Counted from the stretch's first letter, positions 40,328 through 51,159 are shown. The stretch: 64,000 bases of DNA from an uncultured Propionibacterium sp. (GCF_963539965.1 NZ_CAUTOU010000001.1:6479-70478), one strand, 5' to 3'. Program-made: numbers and translations. The notes: a model not told the origin generated them from the letters alone.

Positions 40328-41059
40328 CTATTTTGCCGCAGTGGCCGGATTTACGGGCCTGAGAACCGCAAACGGGTCCGTCACGCGGTAACCGGATGAC
40401 CCAAATCTATAGGTTCGCGCAGGGCGCCCCCCACCGGCCCCCGGCATCGCGAGGCGGCCCGTCTCGACGACCTCGCCGCGCCGGCTCAGCACCCGTCCGA
40501 GGTTGGTCGCATCGACGTCGTGGCCGAGCACCTCGATGTACAGGTCGCGCAGTTGCGCGAGCGTGAACTCGGCCGGGGCCAGCGCGTAGGCGATGTTGGT
40601 GTAGGACATCTTCGCCCGGACGCGGTCCAGGGCGGCGCCGACGATACGGCGATGATCGAACGCCATGCCGTCCAGCCCCACGAACGGCGTCCACTCCCCG
40701 ACGGAGCCCCCACCGGGCTCGACGTCCGGACCGACGAGCCCGACATAGGCGGTCGCAATGGTGCGCTCGAAGGGGTCGCGCCCGGGATCGGACAGCGTCA
40801 TGAGCTGCTCGCAGTGCCCCAGATCGGTCAGGTCAAGCTTCGCGGCCAAGTGCCGCCCGAGGGCCTGGTCTATCGTCTCACCGGCATCGACCGGACCGCT
40901 CGGCAGGGCCGGCTCCCCGGTGAACGGCTCCCGGGCCCGGCGCCAGATCAGCACCTGCAGTTGTGCGCCCCCGACCGGTACCACCCGGAAGATCACGGCG
41001 ACGACCTCATGACGGAACTTCGCCACCCCGCGATCGTCCCTGAACGGCTCGTTCGACAC
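40328..41059 (-). CDS. nrtR: NrtR-type regulator (Nudix-related transcriptional regulator of NAD metabolism)
   Basis: 243 aa. N-terminal Nudix fold with a degenerate Nudix box (GPVDAGETIDQALGRHLAAKLDL) and a C-terminal winged-helix part (...FTLAQLRDLYIEVLG...D..NLGRVL). It is divergent from nadABC. Confidence 0.8.
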   Translation of the reverse strand: MSNEPFRDDRGVAKFRHEVVAVIFRVVPVGGAQLQVLIWRRAREPFTGEPALPSGPVDAGETIDQALGRHLAAKLDLTDLGHCEQLMTLSDPGRDPFERTIATAYVGLVGPDVEPGGGSVGEWTPFVGLDGMAFDHRRIVGAALDRVRAKMSYTNIAYALAPAEFTLAQLRDLYIEVLGHDVDATNLGRVLSRRGEVVETGRLAMPGAGGGRPARTYRFGSSGYRVTDPFAVLRPVNPATAAK

Positions 41060-41088
41060 GGCACGATGGTATCGCGACGATGTTCATC

Positions 41089-41129
41089 GACTCTGAGACG
41101 ATATTAAGCTAAGTTTTCGTCTTAGAGTC
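41089..41129. promoter_or_regulatory. Imperfect 13-bp inverted repeat in the nrtR-nadA intergenic region (candidate NrtR operator)
   Basis: GACTCTGAGACGA-(15 nt)-TCGTCTTAGAGTC, with one mismatch. It lies in the only AT-rich patch between the divergent genes, about 45 nt upstream of the nadA ATG. Confidence 0.45.
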
Positions 41130-41172
41130 ATAAACGCAAACCCGCTGGGGCATTCCCGTTGAGGAGGACTCC

Positions 41173-42149
<977 letters not shown>

Positions 42150-42153
<4 letters not shown>

Positions 42154-43805
42154 CGATGACCGTTGCCCAGGGATGCCAACTGGCCCACGGGCCCGCCGAC
42201 TGGCACTGGCGCACCCGCGTCCTCGTCGTCGGCTCGGGCGTGGCGGGGCTCACCGCCGCACGGGATCTGTGCCGGGCGGACGTACCCACGATGGTCATCA
42301 CGCGGGGTTCGCCGACCGAATCCAGCACCGACTGGGCCCAGGGCGGGCTCGCGGCAGTGTGGTCCGACGAGGACTCGTTCCGGCTCCACGCCGACGACAC
42401 CATGGCCGCCGGCGCCGGGCTCTGCGCGCCCGGTCCGGTGCACGACCTCGTCGTCCACGCACCCGGGGCCCTGCACCGGCTCATCACAGCGGGGGCACGG
42501 TTCGACTCGGGCCCGGACGGGCGCATCGACCTCCATCTGGAGGGCGGCCACCACGCCAGGCGCATTCTGCACGCCGGTGGGGACCGGTCGGGCCGCGAGG
42601 TGCACCGCGTCCTGCTGGCCTCGCTCCCGAGCGGCGGGGCGGAGGTGCGCGGATCGGTGCGCGTCGTCGACGTCCTCACCGACGTCGACGGCGCCGTCTG
42701 CGGCGTCCGGGCCCTCGACGGACGGGGACGGAGCGGAGTCATCCGAGCCCGGATCATCGTACTGGCAACCGGCGGCATCGCGGCGCTGTGGCCCACTTCG
42801 ACCAATCCCCCGGTCTGCGCGGGGGATGGCCTCGCCGCAGCGCTGCGGGCCGGTGCGACGGCGCGCGACGTCGAATTCCTGCAGTTCCACCCCACCGTCC
42901 TCGTTCCGCCGCGGCGGCGCCCGGGCGACCGCGGCGTGCTCGTCTCGGAGGCGGTGCGCGGAGACGGCGCAGTCCTCGTCGACCACGAAGGCGTGCGGGT
43001 CATGCAGGGAGCCCACCCCCTCGCCGATCTGGCGCCGCGCGACGTGGTCTCGGCCGCCGAGCACGCCCACATGAGACGCACCGGTGAGTCCCACCTGTTC
43101 CTCGACGCGACCCGCCTGGGCGCCGCCGGCTGGCGGGAACGATTCCCCTCGATCCTGCGGATGTGCCGCGAGCGCGGCGTCGACCCGGTCACCGAGCCCA
43201 TCCCCGTGCGCCCGGGTGCGCATTACCACTGCGGCGGGATCCGCGCGGACATGACGGGACGGACCGGCGTGCCGGGGCTCTACGTGATCGGCGAGGCGGC
43301 CTGCACGGGGGTGCAGGGCGCCAACCGCCTCGCCTCGAACTCCCTCATCGAGGGACTCATCATGGGCGAGCGCGCGGCACGGGAGATCAGCGGTCTGCCG
43401 CTCGGGGAGGCCGGCGACGAGTGCCCGCGCCCCACGACCGGCCTCGTCCCCGGCCCGTGGCTGGAGAAGATCCGGAGCGGGCTGGCGGACTGCTGCGGCG
43501 TGGTGCGCTCCGAACCGCGGCTGACCCGGATGCGGGCCGTACTGGACGACTGCCCCCGGTCCGCCGCACGGCTCACCCACGAGTCGTTGAGCGCCACGAA
43601 CGCCGCCCTCGTCGCCGGCGTGCTGACGGCGGCCGCCCGAACCCGCACGGAGTCGCGGGGCGCGCACAGGCGCGAGGACTTCCCCTGTGCATCTCCTCAG
43701 TGGCGCCATCACCTGGACTGGCACCTGAACGAGAACGGGAGTCCCCGCTGCCGTGCCGCCGACCGCACCCCCGCCGAGGTCCTGCCGGCAGGCGAACAGG
43801 CATGA
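42150..43805 (+). CDS. nadB: L-aspartate oxidase
   Basis: 551 aa. The ATG overlaps the nadA stop (ATGA). [52 protein letters not shown]. Confidence 0.92.
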
Positions 43806-44713
43806 GCGGGGCGCTGCATCCGTCCTGGGCACCCGGCTGGACCGCCACGGCCCTGCGCGGGGCCGGGCTCGAGCCAGAACCTCTCATGCGATTCATCGAC
43901 GCGACGCTCGACGAGGACCTGCGCTGGGGCGGCGACGTCACCACCGAATCCGTCCTGGGGCCCGGCTTGGAAGTCGTCGCATGCGTCGTGACCCGCTCCC
44001 CCGGCACCCTGGCCGGCGTCCCGGTGAGCGCGCTCGTACCCTGCAGACTGGCCGCGCGGAGCGGCAGGAGGGTCCGGGTGGAGCCCATGGCCCATGACGG
44101 GCAAGAGGTGGGCGAGGGCGCGCAGGTGCTGCGCATGGCGGGGCCGGCGCGGGAGATCCTCACCGCCGAGCGCGCCATGCTCAACCTGCTCGGCCAGCTG
44201 TCGGGGGTGGCCACGGCCACCGCCGCGTGGGTGCGCGCGCTCCGGGGCCACCGCGCATCGGTCCGCGACACCCGCAAGACGGTTCCGGGCATGAGGGTCC
44301 TGCAGAAGTACGCGGTGCGGTGCGGCGGCGGGCTCAACCACCGGATGGGCCTCGGCGACGCGGCACTGATCAAGGACAATCACATCGCAGCAGCGGGAGG
44401 CATCGCAGCGGCCCTGCGAGCGGTCCGGCAGCACGCTGGCGGCATCGACTGCGAGGTCGAGTGCGACACGCCGGCCCAGGTGCGCGAGGCGGTGGCGGCC
44501 GGGGCCCGGCTGGTCCTGCTCGACAACATGAGCGTCCAGCAACTGGCCGCGTCCGTCGCGGTCTGCCGGCCCGCGGGAGTGCGTACCGAGGCGAGCGGTA
44601 CCCTGCGCCTGCCCGAGGCGCCCGCGGTGGCCTCCACCGGCGTCGACTACGTCTCGGTGGGAGCGCTCACCCACTCGGCCCCGGTGCTCGACGTGGGTCT
44701 GGACCTGCGCTGA
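43802..44713 (+). CDS. nadC: Nicotinate-nucleotide diphosphorylase (carboxylating)
   Basis: 303 aa. The ATG overlaps the nadB stop. ERAMLNLLGQLSGVAT, DTRKT.PG.R.L.KYAV..GGG.NHR.GL.DA.LIKDNH, LLDNM. Confidence 0.92.
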   Translation: MSGALHPSWAPGWTATALRGAGLEPEPLMRFIDATLDEDLRWGGDVTTESVLGPGLEVVACVVTRSPGTLAGVPVSALVPCRLAARSGRRVRVEPMAHDGQEVGEGAQVLRMAGPAREILTAERAMLNLLGQLSGVATATAAWVRALRGHRASVRDTRKTVPGMRVLQKYAVRCGGGLNHRMGLGDAALIKDNHIAAAGGIAAALRAVRQHAGGIDCEVECDTPAQVREAVAAGARLVLLDNMSVQQLAASVAVCRPAGVRTEASGTLRLPEAPAVASTGVDYVSVGALTHSAPVLDVGLDLR

Positions 44714-44755
44714 GCCCAGGGCGGGCGCACCGACCGGCCACCGGACGGTCCGCGC

Positions 44756-46144
44756 TCAGCAACCGACCAGGCGGACCGCCAGGTAGTCGCCCACCTGCGG
44801 GAGCGCGACGCGCTCCTGCCGCATGGTGTCGCGCTCGCGGACCGTCACCGCATCGTCGTCGAGGGTGTCGAAGTCGACGGTGACGCAGTACGGCGTACCG
44901 ATCTCGTCCTGACGGCGGTAGCGCTTGCCGATGGCCTGGGCGTCGTCGAAGTCGATGTTCCAGGCCCCGCGCAGCTCCTCGGCCAGGGAGCGGGCCTTGG
45001 GCGAGAGCCTCTCGTTGCGACTCAGCGGCAGCACGGCCGCCTTGACCGGCGCCAGGCGCGGGTCGAGCTTGAGGACGGTGCGCTTGTCGACGCCGCCCTT
45101 CGTATTCGGGGCCTCGTCCTCGGCGTAGGCATCGATCAGGAAGGCCATGAGCGAGCGGGTCAGGCCGGCCGAGGGCTCGATGACGTACGGCAGGTAGTGC
45201 TCGTTCCTGGCCTGGTCGAAGAAGGTCAGGTCGGCGCCCGAGTGCCTGGCATGGGTCCCCAGGTCGAAGTCGGTGCGGTTCGCGATGCCCTCGAGCTCGC
45301 CCCACTCGCCGCCCGCGAAGCCGAACCTGTACTCGATGTCGACGGTCCGCTTGGAGTAGTGCGAGAGCTTCTCGGTCGGGTGCTCGTAGAGGCGCAGATT
45401 CTCCTCGGCGATGCCCAGGCCGGTGTACCAGTCCTTGCGGTGGTCGATCCAGTACTGGTGCCACTGCTCATCGGTGCCCGGCTCGACGAAGAACTCCAAC
45501 TCCATCTGCTCGAACTCGCGAGTGCGGAAGATGAAGTTGCCGGGCGTGATCTCGTTGCGGAAGCTCTTGCCGGTCTGCGCGACGCCGAACGGGGGCTTCA
45601 TGCGCGTGGTGGTGAGGATGTTCTTGAAGTTGATGAAGATGCCCTGGGCCGTCTCGGGGCGCAGATAGTGCAGACCGGATTCGTCCTGGACCGGACCCAG
45701 GTACGTCTTGAGCATCATGTTGAAGTCGCGGGGCTCGGTGTACCGGCCGCGGTTGCCGCAGTTGGGGCAGGGGACCTCGGCCAGGCCGACCGAGTCGGGA
45801 TCGGCGATGCCCTTGCGGTTGGCGTACTCCTCGGCCAGCTGGTCGGCGCGGAACCGCTTGTGGCAGGCCAGGCACTCGACGAGCGGATCGTTGAAGACGG
45901 CGACGTGGCCGGAGGCGACCCACACATCGGACGGCAGGATGACCGAGGAGTCCAGGCCGACGACGTCACCGCGACCGGTGACCGTGCAGCGCCACCACTG
46001 CCGTTTGACGTTCTCCTTGAGCTCGACGCCGAGCGGGCCGTAGTCCCACGCCGCACGCGTTCCGCCGTAGATCTCCCCGCACGGGAAGACGAATCCGCGT
46101 CGCTTGCACAGGCCGATGACCCTGTCGAGTTTGCTCTCTGCCAC
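44756..46144 (-). CDS. glyQS: Glycine--tRNA ligase (dimeric class II type)
   Basis: 462 aa from GTG 46144 (GAAGGAG upstream). ...[17 protein letters not shown]...[20 protein letters not shown]..., Zn-like motif [12 protein letters not shown]...CPNCG. Confidence 0.93.
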   Translation of the reverse strand: MAESKLDRVIGLCKRRGFVFPCGEIYGGTRAAWDYGPLGVELKENVKRQWWRCTVTGRGDVVGLDSSVILPSDVWVASGHVAVFNDPLVECLACHKRFRADQLAEEYANRKGIADPDSVGLAEVPCPNCGNRGRYTEPRDFNMMLKTYLGPVQDESGLHYLRPETAQGIFINFKNILTTTRMKPPFGVAQTGKSFRNEITPGNFIFRTREFEQMELEFFVEPGTDEQWHQYWIDHRKDWYTGLGIAEENLRLYEHPTEKLSHYSKRTVDIEYRFGFAGGEWGELEGIANRTDFDLGTHARHSGADLTFFDQARNEHYLPYVIEPSAGLTRSLMAFLIDAYAEDEAPNTKGGVDKRTVLKLDPRLAPVKAAVLPLSRNERLSPKARSLAEELRGAWNIDFDDAQAIGKRYRRQDEIGTPYCVTVDFDTLDDDAVTVRERDTMRQERVALPQVGDYLAVRLVGC

Positions 46145-46305
46145 TGATGGCTCCTTCGTCACGCCGAATGACCGGCTACGGGCCGGTACCTGGCTGGCAC
46201 CGGCTGCGGACCCGCGGGCCCCGGCCAATCATGCCCGACATGCTCTCTCGCGCCGTGCACCGCACGCGGCGCGGACGCGCGGCGGTGCGCCGCACATCCG
46301 ATTTT

Positions 46306-46320
46306 TGCGAACGATTTGCA
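46306..46320. promoter_or_regulatory. Candidate Zur box upstream of znuA
   Basis: TGCGAA-CGA-TTTGCA is an imperfect palindrome in an AT-rich patch 31 nt upstream of the znuA ATG. It resembles the actinobacterial Zur core TGAAAA-NNN-TTTTCA (12 of 16 positions by eye). Confidence 0.45.
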
Positions 46321-46350
46321 TTTGAGAGTGTTTTGGACCACACTGGCCCC

Positions 46351-47322
46351 ATGAGACTCCGATCCGCCACCGCATCCTCACGCGCCATCGCCGCAGTACT
46401 GGCGGGCGTCCTCGCTCTGAGCGGGTGCTCATCGTCGAGTGGGCGATCGGGCGGTGCCGACGGCACCGACAAGGTGGACGTCGTCGCGGCCTTCTACCCG
46501 TTCCAGTTCATCGCCGAGCAGGTCGGCGGCGACCACGTGCAGGTCTCCGACCTCACCCAGCCCGGTTCCGAGCCGCACGAGTTGGAGCTCACCGCTCAGC
46601 AGACCGCCTCCCTGGGCGAAGCCGACTTGGTGCTCTACCAGACCGGGTTCCAGGCCGCCGTCGATGAGGCCGTGGCCCAGAACACGCCCAAGAACTCGAT
46701 CGACGTCGCCTCGATCGTCACCCTCCAGGACCCGGTCGAGTCCGTCGACCTGGCGGAGGACGAGGAGAGCGCCACCGACGAGGAGGATGAGGAGGGGAGT
46801 TTCACCAAGGACCCCCACGAATGGCTGGACCCGCAGAACATGATCACGATCACGAATGCGGTGCGCGACAAGCTCAGCGAGCTGGACGGCGACCACGCCG
46901 ACCAGTACAGGGCGAACGCGGATGCGCTCGTCGGCCGGCTCGCCCGACTCGACTCCGACTACACAGTGCTCGGCAGCTGCCAGCAGAAGAGCTTCGTGAC
47001 GACCCACGCGGCCTTCGGCTACCTGGCGAAGCGCTACGACCTGAACCAGATCGGCATCTCGGGCCTGTCCCCCGATGAGGAGCCCTCGCCGGCGCGCATC
47101 GCCAAGGTCCAGCAGCTGGCCCGGGACAACGGCGTGACGACGATCTTCTACGAGACCCTCGTCTCGGACAAGGTCGCCACCTCGATCGCCGGCGACCTCG
47201 GCCTGTCGACCGATGTGCTCGATCCGCTCGAGGGCATCACCGACGAGTCCAGGGGCGGCGACTACATCGAGGTCATGCAGTCCAACCTGACCGCTCTCAA
47301 GACCGCCAATCAGTGCGGCTGA
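46351..47322 (+). CDS. znuA: Metal (probably zinc) ABC transporter substrate-binding lipoprotein, ZnuA/TroA family
   Basis: 323 aa from ATG 46351. Lipobox LSGC, GSEPHE metal-ligand motif, an acidic loop DLAEDEESATDEEDEEG, and DPHEW. Confidence 0.8.
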   Translation: MRLRSATASSRAIAAVLAGVLALSGCSSSSGRSGGADGTDKVDVVAAFYPFQFIAEQVGGDHVQVSDLTQPGSEPHELELTAQQTASLGEADLVLYQTGFQAAVDEAVAQNTPKNSIDVASIVTLQDPVESVDLAEDEESATDEEDEEGSFTKDPHEWLDPQNMITITNAVRDKLSELDGDHADQYRANADALVGRLARLDSDYTVLGSCQQKSFVTTHAAFGYLAKRYDLNQIGISGLSPDEEPSPARIAKVQQLARDNGVTTIFYETLVSDKVATSIAGDLGLSTDVLDPLEGITDESRGGDYIEVMQSNLTALKTANQCG

Positions 47323-47516
47323 GCCGCCTCCCCACCGCCCTGGCGCCCGTCCCCAGCGGACGCCGGGGCTCTTCCCCGTGACCGACCGCCGGGCGCATCG
47401 TCCCCGCCACGTGCGTCGTCAAGGCGGCGCCGCGCCGGCTTCGGCGGGCGTGGACACTTGATGACGGGCCGTCGGAGGCGAGCGGCCCACCGGCCCGAAC
47501 CGAAGGAGGCATCCGT

Positions 47517-48305
47517 GTGAACGCCGAAGCCGAACCCGTCCTGGCCTGCCGCGGACTGTGCGCGAGCCTCGGCGGTCATCAGATCCTCGTCGACATCGAT
47601 GCGCAGGTGCACCGCGCGGAGACCGTCGCACTGCTCGGGGCGAACGGCTCGGGCAAGTCGACCCTGGTCAGGGCGCTGCTCGGGCTGATCCCGGCCAGCG
47701 CCGGCAGCATCCGGCTCTTCGGCGAGCCCCTGACGCGTTTCCGGCAGTGGCAGCGCATCGGATACGTGCCCCAGCGCGGCGAGTCCTCGGTGGCCAACGC
47801 CACGGTTCGCGAGATCGTCGCAACCGGCCGGCTGGCCCACCGCAGGACGTTCCGCCCGCTCGGCGCCGTCGACCGGGCCGTCATCGACGAATCGCTCGAA
47901 CGTGTCGGGCTGTCCGGCCGCGCCGGCGATCCGCTGGGCATCCTGTCGGGTGGCCAGCAGCAGCGCTGCCTCATCGCCCGTGCGCTGGCCAGCCAGGCAG
48001 AGCTCCTGGTCATGGACGAGCCCCTGGCCGCCGTCGACCTGACCGCCCAGGAGAGCCTGACCGAGCTGTTCGGCGCGCTCAAGGCCGACGGCCTGTCGAT
48101 CCTGGTGATCCTGCACGAGCTCGGGCCCATGGCCGGTCTCATCGACCGCTCGATCATGATTCGCGCCGGCCACAAGATCTACGACGGGCCGCTCGAACCT
48201 GGCAGCGGCACCGGCGGCGATCACCACCCCGCGCCCGAGCGCCCGAGCGCGTTCCTGCCCGATCCCGGGCTCGTCCGTCCGATCGGGGCCGGGGAGGCGC
48301 GCTGA
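47517..48305 (+). CDS. znuC: Metal ABC transporter ATP-binding protein
   Basis: 262 aa. GTG start with GAAGGAGG upstream. Walker A GANGSGKST, LSGGQQQR, Walker B LLVMDEP. Confidence 0.85.
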   Translation: MNAEAEPVLACRGLCASLGGHQILVDIDAQVHRAETVALLGANGSGKSTLVRALLGLIPASAGSIRLFGEPLTRFRQWQRIGYVPQRGESSVANATVREIVATGRLAHRRTFRPLGAVDRAVIDESLERVGLSGRAGDPLGILSGGQQQRCLIARALASQAELLVMDEPLAAVDLTAQESLTELFGALKADGLSILVILHELGPMAGLIDRSIMIRAGHKIYDGPLEPGSGTGGDHHPAPERPSAFLPDPGLVRPIGAGEAR

Positions 48306-48306
48306 C

Positions 48307-49287
48307 ATGTCGGTCCTCGCCCTGGCATTCATGCAGCGCGCACTCGTCGCGGCACTGCTGTCCGGCCTCATGAGTCCGGCGGTGGGCACTTACGTCGTCC
48401 AGCGCAGGCTCTCGCTGCTCGGAGATGGCCTGGGCCATGTCGCGATCGCCGGTGTCGGGCTGGCCCTCGTCACCGGCTGGGCGCCCACCCCGGTGGCCAT
48501 CATCATCTGCGTCATCGGCGCAGTGGCCATCGAATTGGCCCGTCAGAGCGGCAAGGCCCCGGCTGACGTGGGCCTGGCGATCCTCTTCTACGGAGGCCTG
48601 GCCACCGGCGTGCTCATGGCCGGCATCTCAGGCAGGGGCACCGGCGTGCTCTCCCAGTACCTCTTCGGCTCGTTGACGACGGTGAACTTCTCGGACGTCA
48701 TCGTCGTCGCGGTCATGGCGGTCGTCATCGTGGCCCTCTGTCTCGGCCTGGCGCCCCAGCTCTTCGCGGTCTGCGCGGACGAGGACTACGCCCGCAGCCA
48801 GGGCCTGCCGGTACGGGCGCTCGAGCTGTGCATCGTCGTCATGGCCTCGGTCACCGTCGGGGTGTCGATGCGCACCGTCGGCCTGCTGCTGGTGAGCGCC
48901 ATGATGGTGGTCCCGGCAGCCGCCGCGAACAACCTGGTGACCGGCTTCCACCGCTCGCTGCTCACCTCGATGGGCATCGGCCTGGCGGTCAGCGCGGTCG
49001 GCGTCATCGGTTCGTACTACTGGAACACGGCTTCGGGCGCGACGATCGTCGTGAGCGCCATCGTCGTGTTCATGGTCAGCGCACCCGTCGGGTCGTGGTT
49101 GAACCGCAGAAGGTCGCTGATGAGCGCCGATGACCCTATAGTGAGAGCAGCAAGTGGGCACGACCCCTGTGGGCGCACCCGCGTCGCCGCCGGTGCGCGC
49201 GGGGTGCGCCACGTGCAGCACGGCGACCATGTGGATCATCTGCCCACGACCGACTCGGGCGTCCCGGCGGAGGTGCCCGACCCCTGA
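48307..49287 (+). CDS. znuB: Metal ABC transporter permease (ABC-3 family) with His-containing C-terminal tail
   Basis: 326 aa, 8-9 TM helices. ...LSLLGDGLGHVAIAGVG... is typical of ZnuB/MntB permeases. Confidence 0.85.
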   Translation: MSVLALAFMQRALVAALLSGLMSPAVGTYVVQRRLSLLGDGLGHVAIAGVGLALVTGWAPTPVAIIICVIGAVAIELARQSGKAPADVGLAILFYGGLATGVLMAGISGRGTGVLSQYLFGSLTTVNFSDVIVVAVMAVVIVALCLGLAPQLFAVCADEDYARSQGLPVRALELCIVVMASVTVGVSMRTVGLLLVSAMMVVPAAAANNLVTGFHRSLLTSMGIGLAVSAVGVIGSYYWNTASGATIVVSAIVVFMVSAPVGSWLNRRRSLMSADDPIVRAASGHDPCGRTRVAAGARGVRHVQHGDHVDHLPTTDSGVPAEVPDP

Positions 49288-49751
49288 TGGCATCGCGGAC
49301 GGAGGCATGGCCGATGAGCACCGAGAAGTCCACCACGCGGGACAGGATCCCCCCGCGCAATACGCGCCAGCGCCGGCTCATCAAGCAGACCCTCGGCGAG
49401 GGCCGCGACTTCCGCACCGCTCAGCAGCTGCATGCCGACCTGGTCAGGGCCGGGGAGCGCGCCTCGCTGGCCACCGTCTACCGCGTCCTGAACTCGCTGG
49501 CCGACAACGACGAGGCGGACACCTGGCGTACGCCCGAGGGCGAGATGGCCTACCGGCGCTGCTCGACGGCGCGCCATCACCACCATCTGATCTGCCGCGA
49601 CTGCGGTCGCACCGTCGAGATCAGCGGAGGCCCGGCCGAGAGATGGTCCGAGTCGATCGCGGCCGAGCACGGTTTCATCAGACCTGAGCACCACGTCGAG
49701 ATCTTCGGCACCTGCCCCGAGTGCGCCGCCCGAGAACCCGCCGACGACTGA
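49287..49751 (+). CDS. zur: Fur-family metalloregulator, probably Zur
   Basis: 154 aa. The start overlaps the znuB stop. NTRQRRLI...ATVYRVLNSL, HHHHLICRDCGR...CPEC metal sites. It is the last gene of the znu operon. Confidence 0.85.
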   Translation: MASRTEAWPMSTEKSTTRDRIPPRNTRQRRLIKQTLGEGRDFRTAQQLHADLVRAGERASLATVYRVLNSLADNDEADTWRTPEGEMAYRRCSTARHHHHLICRDCGRTVEISGGPAERWSESIAAEHGFIRPEHHVEIFGTCPECAAREPADD

Positions 49752-49797
49752 AACCGCCCGGGGAACGCCCCGCCCACCCCGTGCGGAGCCCAAGGGG

Positions 49798-49918
49798 ATA
49801 GGATTCAGCCCAACAACGAAGTCGCCTTTGCGAGGGAAGCCGGTGGGAAACCGGCACTGACGCGCAGCCGTGAGCCGGGCATGGACCCGACGAGTCGGAA
49901 TGCTCGCTCTGGTGATCC
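49798..49918 (+). promoter_or_regulatory. Cobalamin-riboswitch-like element (variant or decayed)
   Basis: GCGAGGGAAGCCGGTGGGAAACCGGCAC contains the conserved AGGGAA + GCCGG-TGNGAAN-CCGGC core. GCGAG (49830-34) can pair with CTCGC (49903-07), which is preceded by GAATG. GGAT (49801-04) and ATCC (49915-18) could form P1. The canonical GCCACTG B12 box is not present. Confidence 0.5.
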
Positions 49919-49990
49919 GACCCTCTACCGCTGTCGCGAATGCATCGGTGACCGTGATGTCACCCTGCTCTGCAGCGAAAGGATGACATC

Positions 49991-50887
49991 ATGAGCGCCA
50001 CGACCTGGCCACTCGAACAGCCCCACGGGGACGAGCCGAGTCCCGTGCCTCCCCTGCACCTCCTGCCCCCCGGGCGGATGGCCCCGCGCCTGGACACCTA
50101 CCTCCACGCATGGCTCGCCACCCGTGCCGGCGCCGTCGCCGACAAGACGCTGCGCACCGACCAGGATCTGCTCCGCCTGATCCCCCAGTCCTGCCTGAGC
50201 CAGGATCCGCGTGCCCTCACGCAGGCCGACGTGGACCGGCTTCTCGGGCACTTCCGGTCACGCGGTCTCAGCGAGCTCTCGGTGCGCCGTCATCGCGCCA
50301 GCCTGTCGTCCTTCTTCGGTTGGTTGCGCGATCAGGGCCTCATCGACGAGTCCCCCGTGCCCCGGCCCGCCCACCGGCCCGCCGAGCAGGCCACATCGGC
50401 GCTGCCGTTCACCGCGTCCGAACTGCACACGGCCTTCCGCCTGTGGCAGGCCCGGGACCGCCGCCTGGCGCTGGTCATGCTCGTCCTGGCCCATACCGGT
50501 CTGCGCTGGGCCGAGGCACGCGCCCTGCTCGTCGGGGACGTGCACCTGCGCGAGGGCCGTCTCACCGTCCGCAGGTCCACGCCCGAAGGCGTGAGCACCC
50601 GCGAGTTCAGCCCCGAGCTGGTCCGCCGCGTGCCGCTGTCCAGGTGCGCCATCCTGGCGCTGACCGAGCTCACCGCCGGGGCCCGCCCCGATCAGCTGGC
50701 CATGACCACGGACCGCGGCTGCCAGTTGCACCGCACCTCGGTGCTGCGGACGCTCGACTGGCCGCGCACCGGCCAGGGCCGCCGCCTCGTCGACCTGCGG
50801 CACACCGCGGCCCGGCTGTGGCTCGACTGCGGTCGCTCCCCCGCCCAGGTACGCGCCTGGATGGGTCACAGCCTGATCACGAACTGA
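49991..50887 (+). pseudogene. Tyrosine recombinase/integrase-like ORF lacking the catalytic tyrosine (C-terminally truncated)
   Basis: 298 aa. N-terminal SAM-like core-binding region, then HTGLRWAEARAL (Arg I), DLRHTAARLW (HxxR) and WMGHS. The stop comes 5 codons after this His. No ..T..Y.. segment follows in any frame. Confidence 0.7.
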
Positions 50888-51159
50888 CCCCCTGGACCCG
50901 TCCCCCGAGCCGGAGGGGCCGCAGCCGCACGGTCAGCCCGCGAGGCGGAGGCCCCGGTGGCGGTTGGCCGCGGCATGGAGCTCATGGCGCCGGTGCGGCC
51001 CCGCGCTCCGGCGGGCCTCGTCTTCCCCGGCGGGCGACCGGGAGGCCGGACCCACGGGTATCCGTCCCGGTCCGTGAAACATCCATGATCAACCGGATCG
51101 GTCCTCCGAGAGCGTTGCGGAGCTGTCCTGTCCGGGAGTCGACCGATAGGGTTCAACCC

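Noticed and set aside
46145-46300. GC-rich inverted repeats (GTGCGGCGCACC...GCGTGCGGTGCAC) in the glyQS 5' region as a possible T-box or attenuator
   Set aside because: I could not find a specifier loop, a T-box sequence or a terminator/antiterminator pair. Such repeats are common in GC-rich spacers. It is left as unexplained structure only.
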